Source: Candidatus Cloacimonadota bacterium
GTDB lineage: Bacteria; Cloacimonadota; Cloacimonadia; Cloacimonadales; TCS61
Direction of reading: 5' to 3'
NCBI GenBank assembly: GCA_030620155.1
Contig: JAUXFF010000001.1
Location: forward strand, 1 to 55,631
Length of the DNA stretch: 55,631 bases
The translations under genes and the position numbers were made by a program. Within the stretch, counting starts at the first letter, position 1, and every line of letters starts with the position of its first letter. Under the pieces are notes generated by a model. The model saw only the letters and a program-made list of their open reading frames with translations, was not told the origin of the DNA and did not search any database. This document shows, in pieces, positions 28,122-36,810 of this stretch.

Positions 28122-28245
28122 AATTTAGCAACGAACCTGTCTTCGTTACACTTCGCCATGGCAGGCAAAACTAACTGAAATTAACAATGAAAGACCTTGC
28201 GAACGGTTGAATGGGAGTGGATACAATATTTGAAAAAAAAGATTG
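28122..28245 (+). pseudogene. possible degenerate T9SS C-terminal-domain fragment
   Basis: 28122-28175 (AATTTAGCAACGAACC...CTTCGCCATGGCAGGCAAAACTAAC) parallels 45189-45242 inside a CTD (QFSNEP..LRHGRQN). GTTGAATGGGAGTGGATAC resembles the IEWNAEN-coding stretch. The region is highly degraded. Confidence 0.3.
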
Positions 28246-28361
28246 TTTAATCAATTTTCCGAAATTTCTTACAGGTGTCATTCTCACGAAAGTGGGAATC
28301 CGGCAACCGCTGGATATTTAACAGGTCCGTGACGGGAAAACATATGTGAAAACAGTAGTTC

Positions 28362-28456
28362 GATATATTATATCACCCCTTCAGGGTGAAGTGGGTAATG
28401 ATATGTACGTCAATCCCGATGTTAACACATCGGGTTAAATTATTGCACCCCTTAGG
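28362..28456 (+). repeat. 95-bp direct repeat, copy 1 (contains three hairpins)
   Basis: Identical by manual comparison to 28592-28686. It contains TCACCC-CTTCA-GGGTGA, CCCGATG-TTAACA-CATCGGG and ACCCC-TTA-GGGG(T). Confidence 0.9.
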
Positions 28457-28591
28457 GGTTTTACGAGATATTTATAAAACCTCGAAGAGGTTAAATCTTT
28501 TAGCAGGATGTGTCAACATCCTGATAAAAAGATAATATATGTTCAAACTCCGAAGGAGTGACATCAAGTCCAGATGTATCTTTCATCATCG

Positions 28592-28686
28592 GATATATTA
28601 TATCACCCCTTCAGGGTGAAGTGGGTAATGATATGTACGTCAATCCCGATGTTAACACATCGGGTTAAATTATTGCACCCCTTAGG
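28592..28686 (+). repeat. 95-bp direct repeat, copy 2
   Basis: A perfect copy of 28362-28456, offset by 230 bp. Confidence 0.9.
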
Positions 28687-28766
28687 AGTTGGGTCTTTAT
28701 TTATTCTACGTTAGTACGCTCCGCTGGAGTTTGATCTGTTTTATTGATATTTTTATTACAAATAGG

Positions 28767-28792
28767 TGACTCCGACGGAGTCATTTTTTATT
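28767..28792 (+). terminator. candidate intrinsic terminator between the convergent alr and amidase genes
   Basis: TGACTCC-GAC-GGAGTCA stem-loop followed by TTTTTTATT on the + strand. The complement also gives a weaker A/T-rich tail for the minus-strand amidase operon. Confidence 0.5.
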
Positions 28793-28829
28793 AAGTTTCT
28801 TCTCCAGAGGGGCATTCTATTTGTAAAAT

Positions 28830-30134
28830 TTACGAATTCAACGATTTATTAATTCCTTTTACATCATAGACAAGTTTCTCATCTTCCATAAAAGACGCAA
28901 TTATCTGTAATCCAAGAGGAAGCCCATTTTGAGAAGTTCCTGCAGGAATAGTGATTGTTGGTAATCCTGAATATGTCCAAGGGAGATTCATTGCCGGATC
29001 TCCGGTTGAGTTTATTCCTTCGGGTGCATCTGTTGTTGTCGAAGGAGTGATCCATAGGTTGAATTTAAATTTATTTTTAAGTTCTTCCAGTTCTTTCCTT
29101 AAAATAACCTGCCCTTCACGAGCTTTATTTAGATTCTGTTTTGTAACTTTTTGTCCTTGTTGAATAAATTCTTTAGTGGCTTTTCCATATAATTTTTTAT
29201 ACTTTTTAAACCAATTTATATGAACTTGTGCCATCTCAGCAGAAATCATCAATCTATGTTGAAAATTGATATTATCTATATTATCAAATGTTTTGATATG
29301 TTTGATCACATATCCTGCTTTTTGAAGTTTTGCTAATTGAGTTTCAAAAACATTCAAACTTTTTTGCGATGATTGGTAAAGATAATTTCCTTCAGGAACC
29401 GCTAAAACAGGCATTTTTTCAGAAAATTTATAATTCGAATTCCAATCCTGGCAGAGAATTGAAGCGATTATATCTATACCTTCAATATCCTGTGTAAAAA
29501 AACCAATATGGTCAGCAGATTGAGAAAAAGGTACAATTCCATCAGCTGAAATGCGTCCGTAACTTGATTTAAAACCAATAATACCACAATATGATGCAGG
29601 TCGAGTTATAGAACCAATAGTTTGAGTACCTAGTGCTAAAGGACAAAAACTTGCTGACACCGCTGCTGCGGAACCACTGCTGGAACCTCCGGGAGTGTGA
29701 TTCAAATTTCGCGGATTTCGTGTAGGTCCGGGTTCCTGATAAGCAAACTCAGTAGTATGGGTTTTTCCTAAAATTAAAGCACCTGCATTTCGCAGCTTTG
29801 TAACACAGGAAGCCTCTTTGCTAAAAAACAATTTTTCAGGAAGTTTAGAGCCCGCTTTTGTCAGAAAACCATCCACATAAAAAATATCTTTTACACTAAC
29901 AGGAATTCCAAATAATATCGGTCTTGTTTTTTGGTCAGGAAATTTCTGATAAAGTTGTTTTAATTCTTTATGTAATCTTTTTTGTCTATCGTGTTCCGGA
30001 AGAAATGCTTTGATTATTGAGTCCCATTTATCAAGTTTATCACAAAGATCATCGATCAATTTTTCAGGTGCAAGTTCTTTTTTCCGCAGTTGAAAAATTG
30101 TTTCTGATAAAGAACATTTGGAAATATATTTCAT
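28830..30134 (-). CDS. amidase-signature family amidase (GatA-like)
   Basis: GGSSSGSAAAV signature, a catalytic Lys context (VSVKDIF) and a TTEFA motif. Confidence 0.85.
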   Translation of the reverse strand: MKYISKCSLSETIFQLRKKELAPEKLIDDLCDKLDKWDSIIKAFLPEHDRQKRLHKELKQLYQKFPDQKTRPILFGIPVSVKDIFYVDGFLTKAGSKLPEKLFFSKEASCVTKLRNAGALILGKTHTTEFAYQEPGPTRNPRNLNHTPGGSSSGSAAAVSASFCPLALGTQTIGSITRPASYCGIIGFKSSYGRISADGIVPFSQSADHIGFFTQDIEGIDIIASILCQDWNSNYKFSEKMPVLAVPEGNYLYQSSQKSLNVFETQLAKLQKAGYVIKHIKTFDNIDNINFQHRLMISAEMAQVHINWFKKYKKLYGKATKEFIQQGQKVTKQNLNKAREGQVILRKELEELKNKFKFNLWITPSTTTDAPEGINSTGDPAMNLPWTYSGLPTITIPAGTSQNGLPLGLQIIASFMEDEKLVYDVKGINKSLNS

Positions 30135-31325
30135 TCAGATCACACCGTCTTTTTTCAGTTGCTCTATCTTATCATCATCATAACCGAGATATTTGTTCAG
30201 GATTTCTTTTGTGTGCTCACCGATTTCAGGAGCGTGTTCGCGCTTAGTTTCTTCCGGAATCGATGTCATCTTGATCGGATTACCTGTAATTTTAGTTGTT
30301 CCTGCTTTTTCATCTTTTACTTCTACGATCATATTCCTGAAAAGGATCTGCTTGTTTGTCATTACTTTATCCATCGAATTTATCGGTCCGCAGGGAATTC
30401 CCTTACTTGCAAATTGCTGAATCCATTCGGATGCGTTTTTTTCTAGAAACATTTTCTCAAGTATGGGAATGATTATTCCCAGGTTTTTTGTTCTATCGTC
30501 ATTTGTGGTAAACCTGGCATCATTGATCAGGTCTTTCCTCTCGATAACATTGCAGAATTTTTTCCAGAGATTGTCATTTCCTAAAGCCAGCACAAAGTAG
30601 TCATCATTTGCTTTGAATGCCTGAAAAGGAGTAATCGTCGGATGTCGATTGCCTACAGGTTTGGGCGGTTTTCCATCAACTTGATAACGTACTAAAGCAT
30701 TTTCCAATAAAGCTACCTGGCAGTCCAGCATCGCAACATCAATTTTTTGACCGACACCGGTTTTTTCTCTTTGATACAAAGCCGAATTTATTCCAATTGC
30801 TGTAAACAGGGAAGTGCCAATATCACCAATCGACATTCCAACTCTTGTGGGTGGAGTATCCTGCCAACCGGTAATACTCATCATTCCACCCATTGCCTGA
30901 ACTAACATATCATAAGCAGGTTTGTGAGAATCCGGACCTGTGTGACCAAAACCGGAAGCAGCAGCATAGATCAACCTGGGATTTATCTTTTTAAGAACAT
31001 CATAACCAATGCCCAGTTTTTCCATAGTTCCGGGACGAAAATTTTCTATTAAAATATCAAATTTCTTCACCATTTCTTTGAGAATTTTTATCCCTTCATA
31101 AGATTTCAGATTTAGAGTTATACTCTTTTTCCCTCTGTTTATGCTGATGAAATAAACACTTTGTTCGTTTTTGAAAGGACCATAATGGCGGGAATCATCA
31201 CCTTTTTCTGGTAATTCTACTTTGATAATTTCTGCTCCCAACTCACTTAAAATCATCGTGCAGTAAGGACCGGCAAGAATCCGGGAAAGATCCAGAACTT
31301 TTATTCCTTCTAATGGTTTGGGCAT
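30135..31325 (-). CDS. family III CoA-transferase (CaiB/BaiF type)
   Basis: LEGIKVLDLSRILAGPYCTMILSELGAEIIKVE N-terminus and FRPGTMEKLGIGYD, at about 396 aa. The stop abuts the amidase start. Confidence 0.85.
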   Translation of the reverse strand: MPKPLEGIKVLDLSRILAGPYCTMILSELGAEIIKVELPEKGDDSRHYGPFKNEQSVYFISINRGKKSITLNLKSYEGIKILKEMVKKFDILIENFRPGTMEKLGIGYDVLKKINPRLIYAAASGFGHTGPDSHKPAYDMLVQAMGGMMSITGWQDTPPTRVGMSIGDIGTSLFTAIGINSALYQREKTGVGQKIDVAMLDCQVALLENALVRYQVDGKPPKPVGNRHPTITPFQAFKANDDYFVLALGNDNLWKKFCNVIERKDLINDARFTTNDDRTKNLGIIIPILEKMFLEKNASEWIQQFASKGIPCGPINSMDKVMTNKQILFRNMIVEVKDEKAGTTKITGNPIKMTSIPEETKREHAPEIGEHTKEILNKYLGYDDDKIEQLKKDGVI

Positions 31326-33674
31326 TTATTTCTCTCCTTTTTTCAGGATTGCCAAAGCAACTTTTTCAGCTGTAATCGGCATGGATTTAATTCTAATCCC
31401 AAGAGCGTCCTCGATAGCATTTGCGATCATTGGTGCAGCCGGAAGCATTGTGTGTTCTCCTATTCCTCTTGCACCAAACGGTCCATCAGGTTGAGGAACC
31501 TCAATAATAATAGGTACTATCTCATCAGGAATATCCATTGAGGTTGGAATCTTATAATCTGTGAAATTCGGATTAAGCATTTTCCCTTTATTATCAAATC
31601 TCATATCTTCATAAAGAACAGTAGCCAGACCCTGCATGAGACCACCTGTAACCTGTCCTTTAACCAGATCAGGGTTGATAGCTTTCCCAGCATCAACAGC
31701 TTCCACAACTTTAAGAACCTTCATTTTCCCGGTTTCTTTATCTATTTGAAGGATCACAGCAGCTGCACCCACTGTATAATGTACATTCGGATGTCCTCCC
31801 TGGCTTGTTTCTGGATCTGCATCTGTTGAAGTAAATTCCGGCATAAAAGTTCCTCTTCCTGTTATTGGACCTCCCTTAAATGTTCCATCTTCCACCTGGA
31901 TGCCATTTATTACAAAATCTTTTAAAGCCAATTCAAAATCAGGTTTTGTTCTGCTTTTAACCTTTTCATCTTCCAGATAAATCGTATCCCTGTCGAGATA
32001 ATGAGTTCTTTCGATCAAGTCATAAATTTGTTCTCTGGCATCAAGAGCAGCTTTCTTAACAGCATTTCCACAAGACCAGGTTACATGAGAAGCAACTGTC
32101 TGCCACTCATATGGATTTCTATCAGTATCAGGACGTTCAACTCTTATTCTGGAAGGTGGAATGGAAAGGATTTCAGCAGCAATTTGAGCCATAACAGTTA
32201 GATAACCCTGTCCAATATCCATTCCTGATACAAGAATATTGATACTTGCATCTTCATTGAATTTCAGAAATGCAGAAGAAGAAGCATTGGGAGGCATGGC
32301 TGGAGCTTTCCAGAATATGGAAAATCCTTTTCCAATTACTTTTACAGGATCTTCCGATTCAATTTTTCCTTCATACCACTTAATCTCTTTTGATACTTTT
32401 TCTATAGCCTGTAACAATCCATTAGCATTCATTTTTGCTCCGTAAGCAAGTGTATCACCTTCTTTGATAGCATTTATTCTTCGGAATAGAACCGGTTCAA
32501 TTCCGAGTTTTTTGGCAACTCTATCTATATGAGATTCCAATCCAAACAAAAATTCCGAATAACCAAATCCACGATAGGGACCTCCAGGTGGAAGATTTGT
32601 ATAAACACATGCAGAATCGATGGAAATATTGGCAATTCTATAAGGACCAGTAGCAGAGAGTCCAACTGCATTCACAACATTAGCACCGTACTCTACATAA
32701 GCTCCTGCATCCCAGTAAAGTTTATGGTCTAATGCTGTGATGGTTCCGTCTTTTTTGGCACCAAGAGTGATTTTAGCGATAACTCCAAGTCTTTGATAGG
32801 TATTGTAGAATTCCTGTTCCCTAGTCCATCTGATTTTAACTGAATTACCCTTTAGTTTAGTAGCAATTGCTGCAACCATTATTTCCATGGTTACTCCGGC
32901 TTTTCCACCGAATCCGCCTCCCACATGAGGAGTAATCACACGAATATCTTTATGTGATAATCCAAGAGGAGAAAGAGCTTCGGAAAATAAATTTCTTTGA
33001 ACATTCGGTGATTGAGAGGAAGCCCAAACGGTTAATCTTCCGGAATAATCAAATTTTCCTACTGCTACATGAGTTTCAATTGCACAATGAGAATATCTGG
33101 GGACCGTATAAGTATCTTCGAGAATAACATCAGCTTCTTCAAATCCTTTCTCAATATTTCCTCTTCGCGTTTTTCGCCAGTGAGCAACATTTGTATTTGC
33201 TTTTGGAAAAAACCAGGGTACATGTGGATAATCACCAAGATCAGGATGAATCAAGATAGAATCTTCTTTTAAAGCTTCCATCTGGTCTAAAACTTCAGGT
33301 AAGGGCTCGTATTCCACCTTAACAAGCTTAGCTGCTATTTTCGCAGCTTTAGGATTTCTGGCAACAACAGCAGCAACCTGTTCACCAATAAATCTTACTC
33401 TATCCTGAGCAAAAATGAATCTATCCTTCATATAAAGCCCGAATTTATAAGGAAAATCCTTACCGGTAAAAACTTTAACAACATCAGGTACTCTTTCTGC
33501 TGATGAGGTTTCTATATTTTTTATTATCGCATGAGCGAAGGTGCTTTCTATTATCTCAGCATAAAGGAGATTCGGTCCAAAATCGATATCATCAACAAAT
33601 TGAGCTGAACCAGTAACTTTTTCCAGACTGTCTATTCTTGTAACAGGATGACCAACATACTTTAATTTATTCAT
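31326..33674 (-). CDS. molybdopterin-binding large subunit of a xanthine dehydrogenase/aldehyde oxidase-family hydroxylase
   Basis: HVGGGFGGK motif, GYSEF, GIGE near the C-terminus, about 780 aa. I chose ATG 33674, which overlaps the upstream stop as ATGAATAA. Confidence 0.88.
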   Translation of the reverse strand: MNKLKYVGHPVTRIDSLEKVTGSAQFVDDIDFGPNLLYAEIIESTFAHAIIKNIETSSAERVPDVVKVFTGKDFPYKFGLYMKDRFIFAQDRVRFIGEQVAAVVARNPKAAKIAAKLVKVEYEPLPEVLDQMEALKEDSILIHPDLGDYPHVPWFFPKANTNVAHWRKTRRGNIEKGFEEADVILEDTYTVPRYSHCAIETHVAVGKFDYSGRLTVWASSQSPNVQRNLFSEALSPLGLSHKDIRVITPHVGGGFGGKAGVTMEIMVAAIATKLKGNSVKIRWTREQEFYNTYQRLGVIAKITLGAKKDGTITALDHKLYWDAGAYVEYGANVVNAVGLSATGPYRIANISIDSACVYTNLPPGGPYRGFGYSEFLFGLESHIDRVAKKLGIEPVLFRRINAIKEGDTLAYGAKMNANGLLQAIEKVSKEIKWYEGKIESEDPVKVIGKGFSIFWKAPAMPPNASSSAFLKFNEDASINILVSGMDIGQGYLTVMAQIAAEILSIPPSRIRVERPDTDRNPYEWQTVASHVTWSCGNAVKKAALDAREQIYDLIERTHYLDRDTIYLEDEKVKSRTKPDFELALKDFVINGIQVEDGTFKGGPITGRGTFMPEFTSTDADPETSQGGHPNVHYTVGAAAVILQIDKETGKMKVLKVVEAVDAGKAINPDLVKGQVTGGLMQGLATVLYEDMRFDNKGKMLNPNFTDYKIPTSMDIPDEIVPIIIEVPQPDGPFGARGIGEHTMLPAAPMIANAIEDALGIRIKSMPITAEKVALAILKKGEK

Positions 33675-34134
33675 TTTTTCCCCTTTTGGAAGCTTCCAGA
33701 ACTGCCTCAATTATGGGAATATATCCAGTACATCTACAAAGATTTCCAGAGAGATTTTCTTTAACTTCTTCTCGTGTGGGATGTGGATTCTTATTCAATA
33801 GCTCTGTTGCTGTGATAATTATTCCCGGTGCACAATAACCGCATTGAAATGAATTATTGTTAATAAACGCTTGCTGAAGTGGTGAAAGTTCATTTTTTGA
33901 TATACCTTCCAATGTGGTAATCTCCTGTTCATTTACTTCAATAGCAAATATCAAACAACTTCTCACACTTTTACCATTTAATAAAACAGCGCAAGCCCCG
34001 CAATCTCCTCTATCACATCCGCATTTAGGACTTTTTATTCCTAGTTTATCGCGCAAAACATCCAGTAAAATATCATTTGCTTCGATATTAACGGTTCTTC
34101 TTTCACCATTTAGGGTAAATTGTATTTCAGGCAT
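33667..34134 (-). CDS. [2Fe-2S]-binding small subunit of the molybdenum hydroxylase
   Basis: CGCDRGDCGACAV and CGYCAPG...CRCTGY cysteine motifs, 155 aa. Confidence 0.9.
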   Translation of the reverse strand: MPEIQFTLNGERRTVNIEANDILLDVLRDKLGIKSPKCGCDRGDCGACAVLLNGKSVRSCLIFAIEVNEQEITTLEGISKNELSPLQQAFINNNSFQCGYCAPGIIITATELLNKNPHPTREEVKENLSGNLCRCTGYIPIIEAVLEASKRGKNE

Positions 34135-34999
34135 CTTTACCTCCCTCTAAACGTGAAATGACTTTTTTCAAACCTCTTTCAAACATTAATTTCACCATAT
34201 GGATCCTATATTTTCTCGACGAACGGATATCAGTAATTGGTGTGATCTCCTCAAGGAGTATTTTCTTGGCTTCCTCAATGATAGGACTTGTAATTTTTTT
34301 CCCATTGAGAAATTGTTCTAATTTTGGTGCTCTTGTTGGGATCGGACCAACTGCACAGAAGGCTATCCTGTAATAATGATCTTCAAAAGCTAAAATTCCA
34401 ATGCCTGCTTGAGCAAGGTCTTCACCTTCATATCTACTCAACTTTTCATAACAACATGCATATTTCTTTTTGGGGATATGAATCAAAATTCCAACAACAA
34501 TTTCATCTTTTTGTATTCCTGTCTTTTTTGGTGCAATAAACCAATCTGATATTGGAACCAGTCTTTCCCCATCCTTATTTTTTAAGATAACAAGTGCTTC
34601 ATAAACTAACAAAGCAGGTGCAGAATCAGCAGAAGGAACAGCTGAACAGATATTTCCTACCATTGTAGCTCTATTTCTTATACCCACAGACCCAACTGTT
34701 TTGGAAGCTTCCCAGATAATAGGAAATTTGTTTTTAATTAGTTCTGATTCTATCAGGTCAGTGAAAGTAACACAAGCACCGATGAATAATTTATCCTCTT
34801 TGATCTCAATTTTGGACAATTCAGTTATTCCTTTAATATCGATTAATGCTTTAGAAGTTATCAAATCTTCCTTGAACTGAACAACAATATCTGTTCCTCC
34901 GGCTAATATACTTGCCTGTCCCCTATTGTTTGAAAGAAGATGTAATGCTTCATTCAAAGTTTTCGGTTTAAAATATTCAAATCCCTGGATAACCGGCAT
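34127..34999 (-). CDS. FAD-binding medium subunit of the molybdenum hydroxylase (CoxM/XdhB-like)
   Basis: LAGGTDIVV FAD motif, 290 aa, overlapping the small-subunit gene by 8 nt. Confidence 0.85.
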   Translation of the reverse strand: MPVIQGFEYFKPKTLNEALHLLSNNRGQASILAGGTDIVVQFKEDLITSKALIDIKGITELSKIEIKEDKLFIGACVTFTDLIESELIKNKFPIIWEASKTVGSVGIRNRATMVGNICSAVPSADSAPALLVYEALVILKNKDGERLVPISDWFIAPKKTGIQKDEIVVGILIHIPKKKYACCYEKLSRYEGEDLAQAGIGILAFEDHYYRIAFCAVGPIPTRAPKLEQFLNGKKITSPIIEEAKKILLEEITPITDIRSSRKYRIHMVKLMFERGLKKVISRLEGGKDA

Positions 35000-35607
35000 A
35001 AATCCTCCTTGTCCCGGCGTAATGTAATGAAGCCGGACTGTTTTTAACCGCCTACTTACTCATTGCATCACCTTCCGAAGTTTCTCCTTGCTTTCCCTCA
35101 TAATAAAATTCGGAAGGTTAAATAAAACCGTTCGCAACTCCGGCAGCTGCCGGATTGCGAACGGTTGACAGCAACTGCTCACCTTCACCGTTCAGAAGGA
35201 TTGCATCCGTTCGGAAGGTTAAGAACTATCTAGAAACTTTCCGAATCTTAGTTGAAAGAATCCCTGCTAATCCCTTTTATCAAAAGGGATCATAAGATGC
35301 TGTAGAAAGAAATTTCTTCCTTTAGTCACGTCATAGCTAAATTCTACTTGCTTATCTTTAGCGAAGACGGATTGCTTTTCTACGTTTCCCTTTCGTTGAA
35401 AGGGAACTACAAAGGATTCTAAAAGATGATTAAAAGATACCTCAGAAAGAAAATTCTTCCTTTAGTCACGTCGTAGCCCCGAAATTTTCCCCTTCCGAAG
35501 CTTTCTCCCTGTTTTTTCGCATAAGAAGATTCGGAAGGTTAAGAATTTTGAAACTTTCCGAATCTTAATTGAAAGAATTCCTTTGAAAGAAGCTTCGGAA
35601 AGTAAGT
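35000..35607. repeat. 608-bp intergenic mosaic of hairpin repeats
   Basis: A 41-bp nested palindrome at 35126-35166. Duplicated blocks CCTTCCGAAG(C)TTTCTCC...ATTCGGAAGGTTAA (about 35070 and 35488) and TTCGGAAGGTTAAGAA...GAAACTTTCCGAATCTTA(G/A)TTGAAAGAAT (about 35213 and 35523). Hairpins ATCCCTTTT-ATC-AAAAGGGAT and TTCCCTTTC-GT-TGAAAGGGAA. Confidence 0.85.
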
Positions 35608-36426
35608 CTACTCAGGAGGTTCCAAAGCAACTATTCTACACATGGAAGATTCGAGTTCAATTCCTCTTAATGGGAAGAGACCTATCCAGACTCTTTTATT
35701 ACTGACTTTTTTAATATCTCCACCAAGATTTTCAGCGTGAACAAGACCTTTTGGGAAAAGGTTCAAATGCATTACCTGGTAATATTCTTCCAGGGGGAAC
35801 ATTTCATCCCAGGATTTTCCGTATTTTTCTTTTAATTTCTTTTCAGCTTCCTTGAATGGTTTTGGATGCCAGTCCCTGATAATTGTATTCATTGGGTGAT
35901 CAGCACTGCCGCAATCCACACCGATCCATTTGAATTTCATTTCTAAAGCCCATTTATGGAATTCAGGATCAGGTCCCGGATGTTTCACAAAATAACGTAG
36001 TTCATCAGAATCAGGTTGATCCCAACCATATTTGTGATAACCTGTATCAATGATGATGATATCACCTTTTTTAATTTCAGCTTTTTTCATGAGCATTTCC
36101 GGTGAATACAGGTCATAATCATCTACATCATTGGAAATATCAACAACAACTCCGGATCCAATCCATTCTTCTATAGGAACCTGACCGATAGTTCTTCCGC
36201 TGGCGTGGAAATGGATTTCACCATCAATATGGGTTCCAACATGATTGCTGGTAGTTATTATCTGTCCATTGGCTCCCTGACCCATATGAGCACCTGCAAG
36301 TCTCTTGAAATATTGAATGCCTAATGGCATATAGCTGGGCCAGGGTGGTGTGTGAATACTCAATCTTTGCGTGAGATCATGAACTTTTACATTACCCATA
36401 AATTTTAAAAATTCGTTAATATCCAT
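35608..36426 (-). CDS. cyclase-family protein (kynurenine formamidase/isatin hydrolase-like metallo-amidohydrolase)
   Basis: HVGTHIDGEIHF metal motif (HxGTHxDxxxH). AAGGAGG RBS lies 7 nt before ATG 36426, so the track's 6 upstream codons are dropped. Confidence 0.75.
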   Translation of the reverse strand: MDINEFLKFMGNVKVHDLTQRLSIHTPPWPSYMPLGIQYFKRLAGAHMGQGANGQIITTSNHVGTHIDGEIHFHASGRTIGQVPIEEWIGSGVVVDISNDVDDYDLYSPEMLMKKAEIKKGDIIIIDTGYHKYGWDQPDSDELRYFVKHPGPDPEFHKWALEMKFKWIGVDCGSADHPMNTIIRDWHPKPFKEAEKKLKEKYGKSWDEMFPLEEYYQVMHLNLFPKGLVHAENLGGDIKKVSNKRVWIGLFPLRGIELESSMCRIVALEPPE

Positions 36427-36438
36427 TATTTCCTCCTT

Positions 36439-36810
36439 TATCACGGCGTAGCTAAATTCTCCTTGCTTATCTTAAGCGAAGCCGGATTATCACGGCGTAG
36501 CTAAATTCTTCCTTTAGTCACGCCATAGCAATATTCTTCTCGCTTTTCTTTGCGTAGGCGGATTGCTTTTCTTATGTTCCCTCTCTTTATTTTAAGAGAT
36601 CAGGGCGAAGTCCGGCACTTGACGGAGCAGCAGGGAGAGTTCCATCTCTACGAAGCCGGACTTTTTTTTAGGTTAATATATTTCACATTAAATACCATAC
36701 ATCTACATTCTTCAGTTTTCTACTGTTCTCATCTTTTTCCGCCACGGACTTGTCCGCCGGCTTTCTGGCGGAGTGGCGGACCACACTGATGGTTATGTTT
36801 ATTTCCATCA
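36439..36810. repeat. intergenic repeat mosaic sharing families with 35.0-35.6 kb
   Basis: TATCACGGCGTAGCTAAATTCT occurs at 36439-36460 and 36488-36509. GCGTAGGCGGATTGCTTTTCTTATGTTCCC resembles 35363-35400. Long hairpins AGTCCGGC...GCCGGACT and TCCGCCAC...GTGGCGGA (36738-36782) are present. Confidence 0.8.

Noticed and set aside
28296-28340. SRP (4.5S) RNA-like CAGGTCCG motif, and a general scan of intergenic gaps for tRNA, tmRNA and RNase P
   Set aside because: The flanking conserved SRP helix sequence (GGAAGGAAGCAGCC-like) is absent. I saw no cloverleaf-compatible GTTCGAATC-type T-arm or other RNA-gene hallmark in any gap.
28119-28829. Possible CRISPR array (also considered for 18991-19298)
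   Set aside because: The repeats are not of uniform length with unique spacers of similar size. Only one 95-bp unit is duplicated, the other hairpins all differ, and no cas genes are in the window.
33223-33231. Perfect DnaA-box-like TGTGGATAA
   Set aside because: It is a single occurrence inside the MoCo-subunit coding sequence, with no cluster, AT-rich unwinding element or dnaA/dnaN context.
34127-34999. 4-hydroxybenzoyl-CoA reductase-type (reverse-acting) Mo enzyme
   Set aside because: The FAD subunit is about 290 aa and lacks the Cys-rich [4Fe-4S] insertion loop characteristic of that subtype.
36550-36789. 79-aa ORF on the plus strand
   Set aside because: It lies within the repeat mosaic between the cyclase and DUF1116 genes. 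Its sequence is a read-through of hairpin arms and it runs opposite to the surrounding operon.
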